Counted from the stretch's first letter, positions 1-10,188 are shown. The stretch is 64,000 bases of DNA from an uncultured Alphaproteobacteria bacterium (GCA_944391485.1 CALXTQ010000020.1:1849-65848); one strand, 5' to 3'. Translations and numbers: made by a program. Notes: generated by a model not told the origin, from the letters alone.

Positions 1-281
1 GCCAGAGTTTGCGGCGAACTGCGTTTAACCGCGGCAATCATAAAAGGTGTTTCACCATTGCGATTGCGAGATTTTACATCACCGCCGGCTTGAATGAACG
101 CCTTGATAATATCGGGCTCATAAAACTCTTTGCACGCCAACATAAACGGCGTCCAACCGTGTTTGTTGTAGGGCTCATTAACATCAAAACCTTGCTTTAA
201 GATAGATTTGATACGTTCCAAATCCATATCATAAAGTGCTTTCATCAGTATATTTTCTTCATTAACCATATGTTTTTCCAT
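1..281 (-). CDS. Ankyrin-repeat protein, partial (start codon at 279-281; C-terminus lies beyond the left edge)
   Basis: Reverse-strand translation from ATG at 279-281 reads MEKHMVNEENILMKALYDMDLERIKSILKQGFDVNEPYNKHGWTPFMLACKEFYEPDIIKAFIQAGGDVKSRNRNGETPFMIAA. These are ANK-type repeats (GWTPFMLA... / NGETPFMIAA). The frame stays open to position 1. It is not in the supplied ORF track because it runs off the edge. Confidence 0.6.
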   Translation of the reverse strand, partial: MEKHMVNEENILMKALYDMDLERIKSILKQGFDVNEPYNKHGWTPFMLACKEFYEPDIIKAFIQAGGDVKSRNRNGETPFMIAAVKRSSPQTL

Positions 282-394
282 GAATTATTTAAAAAAGATG
301 GTCCCCGGGGTAGCATTCAAAAATGCTAAAGTCAAGCACTTTTTATAACATTTTTTACATTATCTTATTGATTCTGAATGATTTTATTTTAAAT

Positions 395-2179
395 TCAAAG
401 GGTTGTAGTGAAAATATTTTTTTGTTGTTTCATTTTAGAAACATATAAAAAAACATCCAATAATTCTTTAATTTTATTAACTTTGAAGTCTGGATTTATT
501 AATTTTATATCCGAGAATTCAGGAAAAACAGGATGTTCAGAAAAAATATCATTTATATTTAAACTAATATATTCTGTATCTTGTACAGGCTTAATAACTG
601 AAACTAACATAATCGTATTTCTTTGATACTGATTATCTGTAATTTCTGTATAATATTTTTTTATTCCTTCTACAGACTGATCTGAAAATTTTGCATCCAA
701 TATTGCAAAATAATTTTGATTTTTATAATGGTATTTTATTAAAAAATCAGGAGTATAATAATTATATATAGAAGAACCTTTAAATTTAGATACACGAATT
801 AGATCTGTATCATTTTCTGTAATCGTAATTTTAGGTTCATGATAAAGGGTAATATTTTCATCCGCTGATATTTTCCAAAAATATTTTTTTTCTGCAAATA
901 GCTTTGAACTTTCCTCTTGGGTCGGAACTATTGAATAGATTTGATTAATTGCATCAAAAATCTGAAACAGACACACATATTCGTATAATCTTGCAATATT
1001 ATCTAACGGTAAATAGCTAAATACTTCGTCAATATTATGATAAAGAAACCACCATTGCAATAACAATGGGTACAGTTGTCTGTAATTCTTATCATACCTG
1101 AAAATAGGCGTAAGACGTGGTCTTGGTAAAACTTTACAAATGTTTTTTATATTAAATTTTGTAGACAAACAAAATCTCAAAGACATCAATTGATTTTTAA
1201 TCTTATTACACTTTTTCAAATAAAATTCATAAGTTTTTATCAGATATTGTTTGCAAACGTAAACAAACGCATTATTTTTTTCTTGTTCATTCATTTTGCA
1301 TAATGAATCTTTTATTTTTTGAAATTTTTCAGATATACTATCTATCGTTTTTATTACAGAAACAACATAAGTATATATAAGCAAATTCTCTTCTACTTCA
1401 AAGCTATTTACCAATGTATTATTTAATATGTTTTCAATTTTATATAATCTATTATGAATTTTAAGATTTGCTTCTTTGGATATTTTTAATTCAGATGAGT
1501 TTTGAGATAACCAATCGATTGAATTACGATCAAGAAAAGTTGCCTTGCTTATATCCACAACTTCTTTTTTTATAATTAAATGATTTCTTTTTATAAAATT
1601 AATACCTTGACTTTTAAAATACATTAACAACTTTTCGGCCATACATATCTGTTGGATTGACTGGTGAAAAGAAATATCACAATTTTTTATTTTAGGACTA
1701 AAAACTGTTGATATATATGTAAATGAGATATTTTTTATCTTGCTATCTAAATACAATAATAATTGTTCTATATATTCAGAACTTAACTTATTAGAAATTA
1801 TTTGCAGATAGTAATATTCTTCTTCTAGCTGTAGACCGTTATAAACAAATAACACTAAGCGAGAATAGCCACAAAAATTTTCAAAAATATGTTTATCAAT
1901 ATCAAAGATAACCTCATTCTCCAGATGCGGTTTTCCTCTCAAGGTTATATCCCCAATTTGCAAATAAATATTAGATTTATTGCTAACATTTAATACGGCT
2001 CTAAATGATATTTTATCTGTATCATATATGCACGCCTCTTCCAATGCTTGAAAATCTATTTCTCTAGGTAATTTTATTACCTTTTCCTCTTTATTGTCTT
2101 TTTTTATGAGTTCAAAAGATTTGATAAACTTAGATGTTGAAGAAATTGTAGTTTCCATAATTATATTCCCCAACCTCAA
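395..2179 (-). CDS. McrC-like PD-(D/E)xK nuclease subunit of a McrBC-type (type IV, modification-dependent) restriction system
   Basis: 594-aa ORF overlapping the upstream AAA+ gene by 50 nt, which is operon-like. The C-terminal region has a PD...(D/E)xK arrangement: YTPDFLIKYHYKNQNYFAILDAKFS. The alternative start METTISS at 2158 would shorten the overlap. Confidence 0.55.
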   Translation of the reverse strand: MRLGNIIMETTISSTSKFIKSFELIKKDNKEEKVIKLPREIDFQALEEACIYDTDKISFRAVLNVSNKSNIYLQIGDITLRGKPHLENEVIFDIDKHIFENFCGYSRLVLFVYNGLQLEEEYYYLQIISNKLSSEYIEQLLLYLDSKIKNISFTYISTVFSPKIKNCDISFHQSIQQICMAEKLLMYFKSQGINFIKRNHLIIKKEVVDISKATFLDRNSIDWLSQNSSELKISKEANLKIHNRLYKIENILNNTLVNSFEVEENLLIYTYVVSVIKTIDSISEKFQKIKDSLCKMNEQEKNNAFVYVCKQYLIKTYEFYLKKCNKIKNQLMSLRFCLSTKFNIKNICKVLPRPRLTPIFRYDKNYRQLYPLLLQWWFLYHNIDEVFSYLPLDNIARLYEYVCLFQIFDAINQIYSIVPTQEESSKLFAEKKYFWKISADENITLYHEPKITITENDTDLIRVSKFKGSSIYNYYTPDFLIKYHYKNQNYFAILDAKFSDQSVEGIKKYYTEITDNQYQRNTIMLVSVIKPVQDTEYISLNINDIFSEHPVFPEFSDIKLINPDFKVNKIKELLDVFLYVSKMKQQKNIFTTTL

Positions 2180-4634
2180 TTATATTCTGAACTATATTCT
2201 TAGAGATTGTATATGAGGACAATTCATCATACAACATCTTTAGTATACTCAAATATTTTTCTCCATCACCACATATTTCAGGAAGAATAAATTGAGCAAT
2301 TGCATAATCTAAAACATCCGAATTATCGTATTCAAAATTATCATTTTGCTCACCTATACTGGTCATAACATCAATATATTTTCGAATATTTTTTTGTTTT
2401 CGTGGCGAAATGAATCTTCCATTTCTATTTTTAGAAAGGATATCATAAATTGTTTCTAGTTTATCATTTCCGTAACTTTCTGCCGCCAAATTTTTTGCAA
2501 CTTGTCGAAAGCCAAAATTATTCTCCAATGCTGTATATGATATAGGAACAACCGTTTGTGTTTTATTATCTTCTACCTGTTTCAAGTCGTTATTAGGAAG
2601 ATAAAACACACAAGCTCTATTAATAATCCGAGGAGATAATATTTCTGTTGTATCATCCATATTGATAGTTGCAATAAATTTCATAGAATCTAAAATTTGA
2701 ATTTCCTCTAATTCTCGCTCAGATTGTAATCTTATAAATTTATTTTCATCATCTGCTATACTTAAAAAATTAGACCAATAATATTCTATAGGGCTTAAAT
2801 TAGCCTCATCTAAAAGAGACAAATATAAACATCCTTTATTCTTATCAGATTGTTGTTTTTTTAAAAATGTTCTTAACCCCGTATCTGCTTCTACAAAATG
2901 TCCTGTCAATGAATTATAATAGCCTATTAAATCTTTTGATGATGACCACCCTTTATTAACAGAAATTTTATTAAAATTAGCTCCCAAACTACTCGCTAAA
3001 TTTTGGACCAAAGAGGTCTTCCCGACGCCTGGCTTTCCATAAAATATTAAAAAGAAATTGTTAACTAATGACACCAAATAATTGATGATATCTTTTCTCT
3101 GCAACAATCTATTCTGTTTTTCAAAATACGTGTACACTTGATTCACAATTTCTTGTAAAGATAGATTTTGCCCTTTATTGGTATCATAAGTATCTTCATA
3201 TCTTTCATTAATATAATCAGCTTCTGTTAACATCTTAACTATAGGAGCCAGTTTATATATTTCTTCTCGATACTCTTTTTTTACTTTAGGTATTTCTTGA
3301 GAAATTTTATTTTTAATATCTTCTAACCGCTCTAGCTCCGAATTTTTCTCTTCTAACTCAAGCTTAATTTTCTTTAATTCTTTCTGCAATTTACCATATT
3401 CATCCTTTATATTGGTAAAAGATATTTTGATATTTAACTCTTCTACTTTTTTCTGTTTTTCAGAAAGCTCTTGTTTGGTTATGTCTAACAATTTTTGAAC
3501 TTCAGATAAGCTTTTTGAGACATCCCCAACCATCTCTTTTTTGTTTAATTCTTCTTCTAATTCCTTGATTTTTTTCTTATCATCACCGCCAAATTTCTGT
3601 TTTAACGTATTATCTGAATTTATTACATTAATAAATTCAGCTTCCGCTGTATTTAAAAGATACTTGATATTTTCTTTTTTACAAACGTAATTAAAAATCT
3701 GCTCATTTAAATCATGCTCATCTTTCTCTATAGATGACAATTTTGAAACTATTTTCGATAATCTATTTTTGTCGGCATCATTAACACGCCTTAACTGTTC
3801 AAGCAACTCTCTACGCTGATTGAATGAAATAGATTGCGAAACCTTATTTTGAACTAAATTTATTCCCCATGAAAGAAGGGCATCATCTGGAATAAAATCA
3901 ACCCAAATACCTTTTTCTTTCTCTATTAAAGAAAACACATCTCTAACATAAGAAAAACGTTCTCCATTCCATTCATTTCTCATTTTTACATCATTGAATG
4001 ATATTTCGCTTGATACGATATCTTCCTGGCATAACTCTTCTTTTATTTTATAAACAAAATAATTATTGTAATTTTTATTACTAACAAAAGGAAGGAGTCT
4101 CTCTTCCGCTGCCAAATTTACATAATAACCATAAGTTCCATTGGTATTTTTTTCTTGAGAAACAACCTTAAAAGGCCCATAAATAAAACCAGAATTTCGA
4201 ATAAAATAAAAATTATCTATTGGCTTAAAAGGAGAAAAGCATCTAACAATTGCTGTATCAATATTTAAAGCATCTAATATAAAACAATTTCTATACTTTT
4301 TTCTAACTTTATAATCTGAAATACTATTAGTATAAACACAATATTTTGAAAGGTTTGGTTTGCTTTCATCTATCAAATTTACTTCACTAAAATATGAAAC
4401 TGAAAACAGCTCCATATTTTCAAAATGATCAACAACATCTGAAAAATAAACATTTTTTTTATAATTTGGATACACTATTAACAAATCATTATTTGGAAAT
4501 GTCTTTTGAGGTACAACTCTCCAATATTCATCATCAAAAAAGACTGGATAAATAAATCCATTATTTGTTTCTTCTTCAGATTCGTTACTTGATTTAACTT
4601 TGATACAGATTAAAGGTTCACATTCATTAAACAT
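2130..4634 (-). CDS. McrB-like AAA+ (AAA_5 family) NTPase with a long N-terminal region and coiled coil
   Basis: 834 aa. Walker A is FYGKPGVGKTSLV. The Walker B/McrB-like segment LYLSLLDEANLSPIEYYWSNF resembles McrB DEINRANLS with INR missing. About 600 aa precede the ATPase, including a Lys/Glu-rich coiled coil (KELEEKNSELERLEDIKNK...). It pairs with the downstream nuclease gene. Confidence 0.65.
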   Translation of the reverse strand: MFNECEPLICIKVKSSNESEEETNNGFIYPVFFDDEYWRVVPQKTFPNNDLLIVYPNYKKNVYFSDVVDHFENMELFSVSYFSEVNLIDESKPNLSKYCVYTNSISDYKVRKKYRNCFILDALNIDTAIVRCFSPFKPIDNFYFIRNSGFIYGPFKVVSQEKNTNGTYGYYVNLAAEERLLPFVSNKNYNNYFVYKIKEELCQEDIVSSEISFNDVKMRNEWNGERFSYVRDVFSLIEKEKGIWVDFIPDDALLSWGINLVQNKVSQSISFNQRRELLEQLRRVNDADKNRLSKIVSKLSSIEKDEHDLNEQIFNYVCKKENIKYLLNTAEAEFINVINSDNTLKQKFGGDDKKKIKELEEELNKKEMVGDVSKSLSEVQKLLDITKQELSEKQKKVEELNIKISFTNIKDEYGKLQKELKKIKLELEEKNSELERLEDIKNKISQEIPKVKKEYREEIYKLAPIVKMLTEADYINERYEDTYDTNKGQNLSLQEIVNQVYTYFEKQNRLLQRKDIINYLVSLVNNFFLIFYGKPGVGKTSLVQNLASSLGANFNKISVNKGWSSSKDLIGYYNSLTGHFVEADTGLRTFLKKQQSDKNKGCLYLSLLDEANLSPIEYYWSNFLSIADDENKFIRLQSERELEEIQILDSMKFIATINMDDTTEILSPRIINRACVFYLPNNDLKQVEDNKTQTVVPISYTALENNFGFRQVAKNLAAESYGNDKLETIYDILSKNRNGRFISPRKQKNIRKYIDVMTSIGEQNDNFEYDNSDVLDYAIAQFILPEICGDGEKYLSILKMLYDELSSYTISKNIVQNIIEVGEYNYGNYNFFNI

Positions 4635-4771
4635 TATTTCACCCCTCTTATATATATAAAATTATACTATGATGTTTTTTATTGCCTATAAGATAAACAA
4701 TTTTATTCACAACAAAAAGTTGAAAACAAATTAAATAAGCTCACATTATGAAGTGAATCTATGCCAAAGGT

Positions 4772-5254
4772 TTAGATTTGTTTTAATTCTTCGATTAGTT
4801 CAAAGATTGTCATATCTGAGGCTTGAAGCTTGGAAACGGAAACCGGAGTTGGTTTATGTTCATCATAAATCGGGCTACCGGTGCGGCGGACAAATATCGC
4901 CGAGCTGATTTGTTTGCCGAAGGTCGGTGTATATTTGTTGGCAAAACCTTGTTCTTTGCTCCAATATCTTGATGTGTTGCTACCTGAAAGCGGACTTCCG
5001 GTGATGCAATAAAAATAGGTATCTTCTTGTTTCCATGGTGTATGTTGCCACAAAAGCAACAATTCCCCCAAACACAAAGAAAAGGTCGGAATATATAAGG
5101 CAAAAACCCCGCTGCCTTGAATATGAATGTTGTAATATTTGGGATTGGATAAGATTAAATCTTGATGTCGTTGCAATAAGTCTAAGTTATCAAACAATGC
5201 TTGCAACACTTCTTTATCAGGCGTGGCCGCCTGAACATAAAACTTAACTGTCAT
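4772..5254 (-). CDS. Hypothetical protein (160 aa), GC-richer than its surroundings
   Basis: Intact ORF with a local GC noticeably higher than the flanking AT-rich DNA. No recognisable motifs. It sits immediately upstream of an ankyrin gene on the same strand. Confidence 0.4.
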   Translation of the reverse strand: MTVKFYVQAATPDKEVLQALFDNLDLLQRHQDLILSNPKYYNIHIQGSGVFALYIPTFSLCLGELLLLWQHTPWKQEDTYFYCITGSPLSGSNTSRYWSKEQGFANKYTPTFGKQISSAIFVRRTGSPIYDEHKPTPVSVSKLQASDMTIFELIEELKQI

Positions 5255-5356
5255 TATATTTCTCCTGTTTAGTCCGTTTGGTTAAAGTGGGACAAGTTGG
5301 CATAAATTCACTTTTAAGGGGATTATGTTAAATAATCCCCCGAATGTCAAGTCTTC

Positions 5357-5899
5357 TCAATTTTTGTAAAGCACCGCTCCGTTATCAAGCAATAGGTTGG
5401 CAACATCAAGCTCTATTCGCTCCAAGGCTAAGGTTAAGGCGGTTTCGCCTTGGATATTGAGCCAATTCACATCAACACCTTTATCTATCAACATTTGAAT
5501 AGTTTGTAATTTGGTATCATCTTCCATATTTTCGTTCAAAATAACGGACATAATAGCGTTATATCCGAATATATCGGTTCTATTGACTTCGCTTCCCTCG
5601 GCAATAAGAAAATCAAGAGGCTCTTTTTCCATACAGAAATAACAAGCCACCAAAAATAAACTAGCTCTGCGGCGATTGATTGAGGCATTTAGATTAAAAT
5701 TGTTGGATTTAATCAATTTTTTCAACTCACTGACCGAATTGATATCAATATTACCTTCGCTTTCAAAATTATACGGCGGATTAACCGGCGTATTCTTTAA
5801 TCTCTCTTCTATTTGTTTGATTTTTTCTTGGACTTCTGCCATTTCTTCAATGGTAATAAATTTAGAATAAGTTTTATCTTCGGGATTATACATTAACAT
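5357..5899 (-). CDS. Ankyrin-repeat protein (181 aa from Met-65 of the track ORF)
   Basis: The C-terminus has ANK repeats (GYNAIMSVILNENMEDDTKLQTIQMLIDKGVDVNWLNIQGETALTLALERIELDVANLLLDNGA). AAGGAG sits 6 nt upstream of ATG 5897-5899 (MLMYNPEDK). The upstream 64 codons of the track ORF look non-coding. Confidence 0.6.
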   Translation of the reverse strand: MLMYNPEDKTYSKFITIEEMAEVQEKIKQIEERLKNTPVNPPYNFESEGNIDINSVSELKKLIKSNNFNLNASINRRRASLFLVACYFCMEKEPLDFLIAEGSEVNRTDIFGYNAIMSVILNENMEDDTKLQTIQMLIDKGVDVNWLNIQGETALTLALERIELDVANLLLDNGAVLYKN

Positions 5900-6314
5900 T
5901 TTCACTCCTTGTCTGTTTTTCTTACAAGGATATTTATCGGAAATAAAACCTATTTTGTGATTTGGCAAAAAACAAACTTTGGCTAGATAAATACCTATGT
6001 AGCTGATGGCTATGTTTCGATTATAAACACGAATTGTCTGGGGTGAGGTGTGATGTGCGAGCATGACACCTCTTTTTGTTGGACAGCACACGGCGGACGG
6101 CTTTCTGATTTCTTTTTAATTCCCAGATGATTAAATCACACCTCAGAGGTTTGTTTTGTTTTATTTGAGGGCTATTTTAAGCTCAGAAAAAAGAAAGCTA
6201 TTTTAATTCTGGTTCTATTATAATAGTTCTTTTTTATATCTATTATAATACTATTATATGGGTTAAAATTTGCTCTAAAATCCTTGTCTGATAAGGAATT
6301 GAGCAATTTAATGA

Positions 6315-6458
6315 GGAAATATAGCTTTCCGATGGCGGAAATAACGGTTTCCGGAACTGGAAATATAGACTTCCCCAAGTGGAAATATAGATTTCCGTTT
6401 TTGAATTTCCGGAAATAACCGTTTCCGCAAGCTTTATAAGTGGAAATAACGATTTCCG
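6315..6458. repeat. Array of six iteron-like palindromic direct repeats (GGAAATA-N3/4-TTTCCG)
   Basis: Copies start at 6315, 6337, 6359, 6381, 6411 and 6442. The first four are spaced exactly 22 bp apart, the last two 30 and 31 bp. Each unit is an imperfect palindrome GGAAATAtagnTTTCCg. The array ends 80 bp upstream of the winged-helix gene at 6538. Confidence 0.7.
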
Positions 6459-6537
6459 CCCCTAATTTTGTTCAATTTAAAATCTCGTATTCTCCGCAAA
6501 TAAATATTTTCAGGACAAAAGTTTATAAGGAGAAAAC

Positions 6538-6951
6538 ATGAGCAAAAGTAAAGCTACATTATCTATTACCGAACGTCTATTATTGGACTTCATTAAATAT
6601 AAAACAAACAACAATCATAAATTCTTTATGGGGAATGATAAAATCGCCATGGCCTTGGGATTAACGGTAAATTCCGCCAAAGTGATGATAAACGGACTTA
6701 TCCGTGAAGGGTATCTTATCAAATCAATGGATACCCACGGCCGCAGAATATTAGAATTATCCGACAAACCATACTTAACCATCGCTTGTGTTGATTTAAG
6801 CAACGTTGATAAACGCATTATATTGCAAGAAGCCCTGAACTTTCAACGAGACGCCGAATACTTCCAAAAACAATACGAGTTTGAAAAAGCACGAGCCGAC
6901 AGACTTCTTGCCGAACTAACACAGATAAAGCTAATGTATAAAGCTAAGTAA
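6538..6951 (+). CDS. Small winged-helix DNA-binding protein (137 aa) with a C-terminal coiled coil; candidate iteron/operator-binding protein
   Basis: RBS AAGGAG 5 nt upstream. HTH-like segment IAMALGLTVNSAKVMINGLIREGYLIKSMDTHGRRILEL. The C-terminus is a charged helix (QKQYEFEKARADRLLAELTQIK). It lies directly downstream of the repeat array. Confidence 0.55.
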   Translation: MSKSKATLSITERLLLDFIKYKTNNNHKFFMGNDKIAMALGLTVNSAKVMINGLIREGYLIKSMDTHGRRILELSDKPYLTIACVDLSNVDKRIILQEALNFQRDAEYFQKQYEFEKARADRLLAELTQIKLMYKAK

Positions 6952-6974
6952 CCTTATAAATAAAGTTTAATTGT

Positions 6975-8150
6975 TTATATTCTGTCGCTATATGGAAGCG
7001 AATTGATATAATCTTCCATAAACTGCCAATCTGGAATATAGCCCTTGTCTGAATAAGTGTGATTATCATCTATAATTGGTTCACCTGTCTCATCTCTCTG
7101 GATTGGTAGTCGGAGAATATCTGACAAATACTTTTCTTCTGTAACTTTTCTTCCATAATCATATTTAAATCTATTTGCTAAAAGTATTGTTTGTAAAAAT
7201 AGATAAATTGACTTCGTTGCTATTTCTTCTGCTAATAATAATATTTTGGCAGAATCTCCAACAACACATCCTTCTGACTGAAAAGATACAAAACCAGCAG
7301 ACCCCGTCCTTGCAACAGTTAAGCACATTTTATCTGTTAATACATAACCTTTTTTTAGACAATATATTTTATCTATCTTTCCTAAGACACCGTTGTTTTC
7401 TTCACCACTTTGAACAGCGATAAGCAAGCCTTTGTTTTCTTCTATTTCTTCTTTTGTAATACCTTTGCCATTTAACATAGTAAACAAATCAGAAACTTTA
7501 AATTCCTCCCATTGTTCAATATTCAGCTCTTTATTTGTGTTATTTTTTATTTTTGTTGTAATTGGTTTATGATGTAAAGATTTAATATAATTTTCCATAA
7601 ATTCCCAATCAGGAATATATCCTTCGTTGGAATATCCCATAGATGTATTGATTATTGGCTTCTTTTCATCATCATATTGTATTGGTAGCTTGATGATAAT
7701 ATTTTTTGATTTATTCAAATCGTGTAATTTTCTTCCATAAGACCACTTGTAGCGTTCTCTGTTTATAATGGAACAAATAAACATAGCCCTAAAAAAATTC
7801 AATTCAAATTTGGGGTTACAAATGGTTTCATCGTGACTACTGGTAAATTTAATTGGCTGATAGTAAGCATTACAAACAGAACCATTATTAGTGATTGTTA
7901 TACAATTTCCTTCAAAGATTTTACCTTCTAGTGTATTATCATCTTGCCCTGTTTTATCGCTCAATTTAATACTTTCTATATCGCAATAATCGGTAACACC
8001 ATTATTTTCTGCCGTAGCCCCCAAAAATGGTATTGGATTATCAGATGGAAATGTTTCTATGGTTTCTGGTTTATTATTAAAATAGCCATTTTTCATATCA
8101 AATAAATCGGATAATTTAAATTCTTGCCATTCTTTTATATCAAGCCTCAT
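6975..8150 (-). CDS. hsdS: Type I restriction-modification specificity subunit HsdS
   Basis: 391 aa with two similar half-repeats (IKEWQEFKLSDLFDMKNG ... IEQWEEFKVSDLFTMLNGKG), typical of two-TRD S subunits. It overlaps the hsdM stop by 11 nt. Confidence 0.7.
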   Translation of the reverse strand: MRLDIKEWQEFKLSDLFDMKNGYFNNKPETIETFPSDNPIPFLGATAENNGVTDYCDIESIKLSDKTGQDDNTLEGKIFEGNCITITNNGSVCNAYYQPIKFTSSHDETICNPKFELNFFRAMFICSIINRERYKWSYGRKLHDLNKSKNIIIKLPIQYDDEKKPIINTSMGYSNEGYIPDWEFMENYIKSLHHKPITTKIKNNTNKELNIEQWEEFKVSDLFTMLNGKGITKEEIEENKGLLIAVQSGEENNGVLGKIDKIYCLKKGYVLTDKMCLTVARTGSAGFVSFQSEGCVVGDSAKILLLAEEIATKSIYLFLQTILLANRFKYDYGRKVTEEKYLSDILRLPIQRDETGEPIIDDNHTYSDKGYIPDWQFMEDYINSLPYSDRI

Positions 8151-10080
8151 AAATTTTTCCCTCCTTAACCAAAAAAGAGAGATAATTGTTTATTGTTCTT
8201 TGGAAATCAGCTTCTGTTAATTTTGTATAATCGGTTTTCATATATGCTTCGCACAACCACTCATCATCAGCAGTTACTTTTTCTACAGCAGACTTGCCAT
8301 CAACTGCGGCTTTTCTTTCAAACAAATCAAGCCACTCTGTTTCTATTTTCTTCCATTTAGAAATAGTAAAATTACCTTTATCATCTTTAGTAAATTGCTC
8401 AACCCTGCCTAAATTTTTCTTTTTTGTAAAACCATCATCTTTGCAATAACCAAAAAAAGTACTCCTTGTTGTACCATCAGATTTTACATGCGGCTGCCCA
8501 AGTGTAAACAACATACAGCAAGCACAGACAGAAGAACCTGGATAAAATATTTCTGCCGGCAATGAAAAAACGGCATCTAATGTATTATCTTCAAGCAAAG
8601 CTCTTTTTTCTTCGGTAATAAGAGAACTAGAACCAATAGCACAAGCCAGAGGAAGCAACACTGCTAATTTTACCTGTTTAGTGGACTTTCCATTTTTTGC
8701 TAACTCACTATTCATCTCTTTTATAACATCTGATATATAATGGATAAAGACCAAACCTTTAGTAGGATCTTCTTTTCCATCCTTAGCTTTTCCCCATTCT
8801 TTTTTATAAGAATTTGGAATGCTAATGGGTTTAGCATTATATGGAGGGTTCATTAAAATAATGTCAGGTTTTGCTTTTTTGATAAAGTCTTTATGGTCAA
8901 AACAACTTCCTAATTTGATATTAGAATTTCCATCACCGTGGATCAACATATTTGTAACAGAAAGTCCAAAAGCTTTTTCTTCAACCTCAATACCATATAT
9001 ATTTTCTTTTTTAACCTTTTGCTGTAGCTTTTTAGTTTCTTCTTCTGTGTGCCCTTTTCTGCAATCAGCCAGCTCTTTAACCATTGCCTGCACCAGAAAT
9101 GAAGCACTACCACATGTCGCATCAAGTACAACCTTTGTATGATCAACCTCTGTTAACCTACACATAAATTCCGTAATATGGTCTGGAGTAAAAGCTTGAT
9201 TCTTATCTGCCTTACCTGTATATTTATTAAAAGCAATAAAGAATAAATTCAAAATATCCTGGCCTTCTGAACTATTTACATCAATATATTTATAAATATC
9301 CATAAGGATAGTATCAATAATCTCGACCCAATCTTTTTGTTTGAGAGCTCTTACTTTTTGATCTTTTAATACGCTATTTTGTAATAATTCAATTTTTTTA
9401 CTTTTATTATCTGAACCATCTAATAGATTTGTAAGTGTATTTTCAATACCAGCTATAATTTCCTTTTCTGAACTTAAATTTAAATAATTTTCGACCTGCT
9501 TTCTTAAAGCCTCATCAATTTTTGTTGCGACAAACTTTTTCAATAAGTCTTTAACATATAACAAAACTGTTCCAACAAATTGACTCCTTAAAGTTTCTGC
9601 AATATCTTTTTTATGCAACAATTCATTGAGAGCATAAGTATTTTTTAATACTTTTTCACGATCATTTTGTTTATTCAGTTGAAATAATGAAGCATAGTGA
9701 TCAAACGTATCTAAAACAGTTTCTTCTTTTAAAAGATGTTCATCATCCATAGCTGATTTCCATACTTTTATTTTATCATCATTTGTATTCGCTAAAATAC
9801 AAACAATTTTTTTAGTTTTATTAACGGCTATTTCTTCTTCAAGATACTCTCTTAATTGGTCCTCATCTTTTTTTGTAAACTTTTGTTTGGTTTCCACTAA
9901 AACCACAACTTCTTCTTTTTTAAAACGAATATCTAATTTAAAATGTTTATATGGACGGCCTAATAATTTTTCTAATTTTTCCTTTGAACCCGCAGCTACA
10001 ACATAGCTATATTCGCCATCTTCTATATTTGGCACATGACATTCACTACCAACACAGCTTATAATTGAGAACCTATCCAT
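8140..10080 (-). CDS. hsdM: Type I R-M N6-adenine DNA methyltransferase HsdM
   Basis: Motif I VLDATCGSASFLVQA and motif IV IILMNPPYNAKP (gamma-class amino-MTase). The N-terminal domain is HsdM-like. The start is placed at MDRFSII (ATG 10078-10080) with GGAGG 5 nt upstream; the track start at 10092 is an alternative. Confidence 0.85.
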   Translation of the reverse strand: MDRFSIISCVGSECHVPNIEDGEYSYVVAAGSKEKLEKLLGRPYKHFKLDIRFKKEEVVVLVETKQKFTKKDEDQLREYLEEEIAVNKTKKIVCILANTNDDKIKVWKSAMDDEHLLKEETVLDTFDHYASLFQLNKQNDREKVLKNTYALNELLHKKDIAETLRSQFVGTVLLYVKDLLKKFVATKIDEALRKQVENYLNLSSEKEIIAGIENTLTNLLDGSDNKSKKIELLQNSVLKDQKVRALKQKDWVEIIDTILMDIYKYIDVNSSEGQDILNLFFIAFNKYTGKADKNQAFTPDHITEFMCRLTEVDHTKVVLDATCGSASFLVQAMVKELADCRKGHTEEETKKLQQKVKKENIYGIEVEEKAFGLSVTNMLIHGDGNSNIKLGSCFDHKDFIKKAKPDIILMNPPYNAKPISIPNSYKKEWGKAKDGKEDPTKGLVFIHYISDVIKEMNSELAKNGKSTKQVKLAVLLPLACAIGSSSLITEEKRALLEDNTLDAVFSLPAEIFYPGSSVCACCMLFTLGQPHVKSDGTTRSTFFGYCKDDGFTKKKNLGRVEQFTKDDKGNFTISKWKKIETEWLDLFERKAAVDGKSAVEKVTADDEWLCEAYMKTDYTKLTEADFQRTINNYLSFLVKEGKIYEA

Positions 10081-10188
10081 AAAAACCTCCAAAAATATTT
10101 TCTTATTGGAAAAGTTAATATAATATTCTTTATATTATCTTAAATTGTATAAAAATATTTTGATTTAAGCCTTTTTATAATATTTTCC

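Noticed and set aside
9-200. 63-aa plus-strand ORF at the left edge
   Set aside because: It lies antisense to a clearly ankyrin-encoding minus-strand frame.
408-626. Short plus-strand ORFs inside the McrC-like and HsdM genes (408-626, 8819-9142, 8943-9146, 7175-7423, 6615-6818)
   Set aside because: They are entirely nested antisense, or off-frame within well-supported genes, and have AT-rich low-complexity translations.
6172-6378. 68-aa ORF on the minus strand
   Set aside because: It is low-complexity, overlaps the repeat array, and sits in the AT-rich intergenic region. It is most likely a chance ORF.
6315-6458. Considered whether the GGAAATA...TTTCCG repeat array is a CRISPR array
   Set aside because: The units are only ~17 bp and palindromic, the spacers are 4-13 bp, there is no leader or cas gene, and the phasing is 22 bp. 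The array is iteron/operator-like, not CRISPR.
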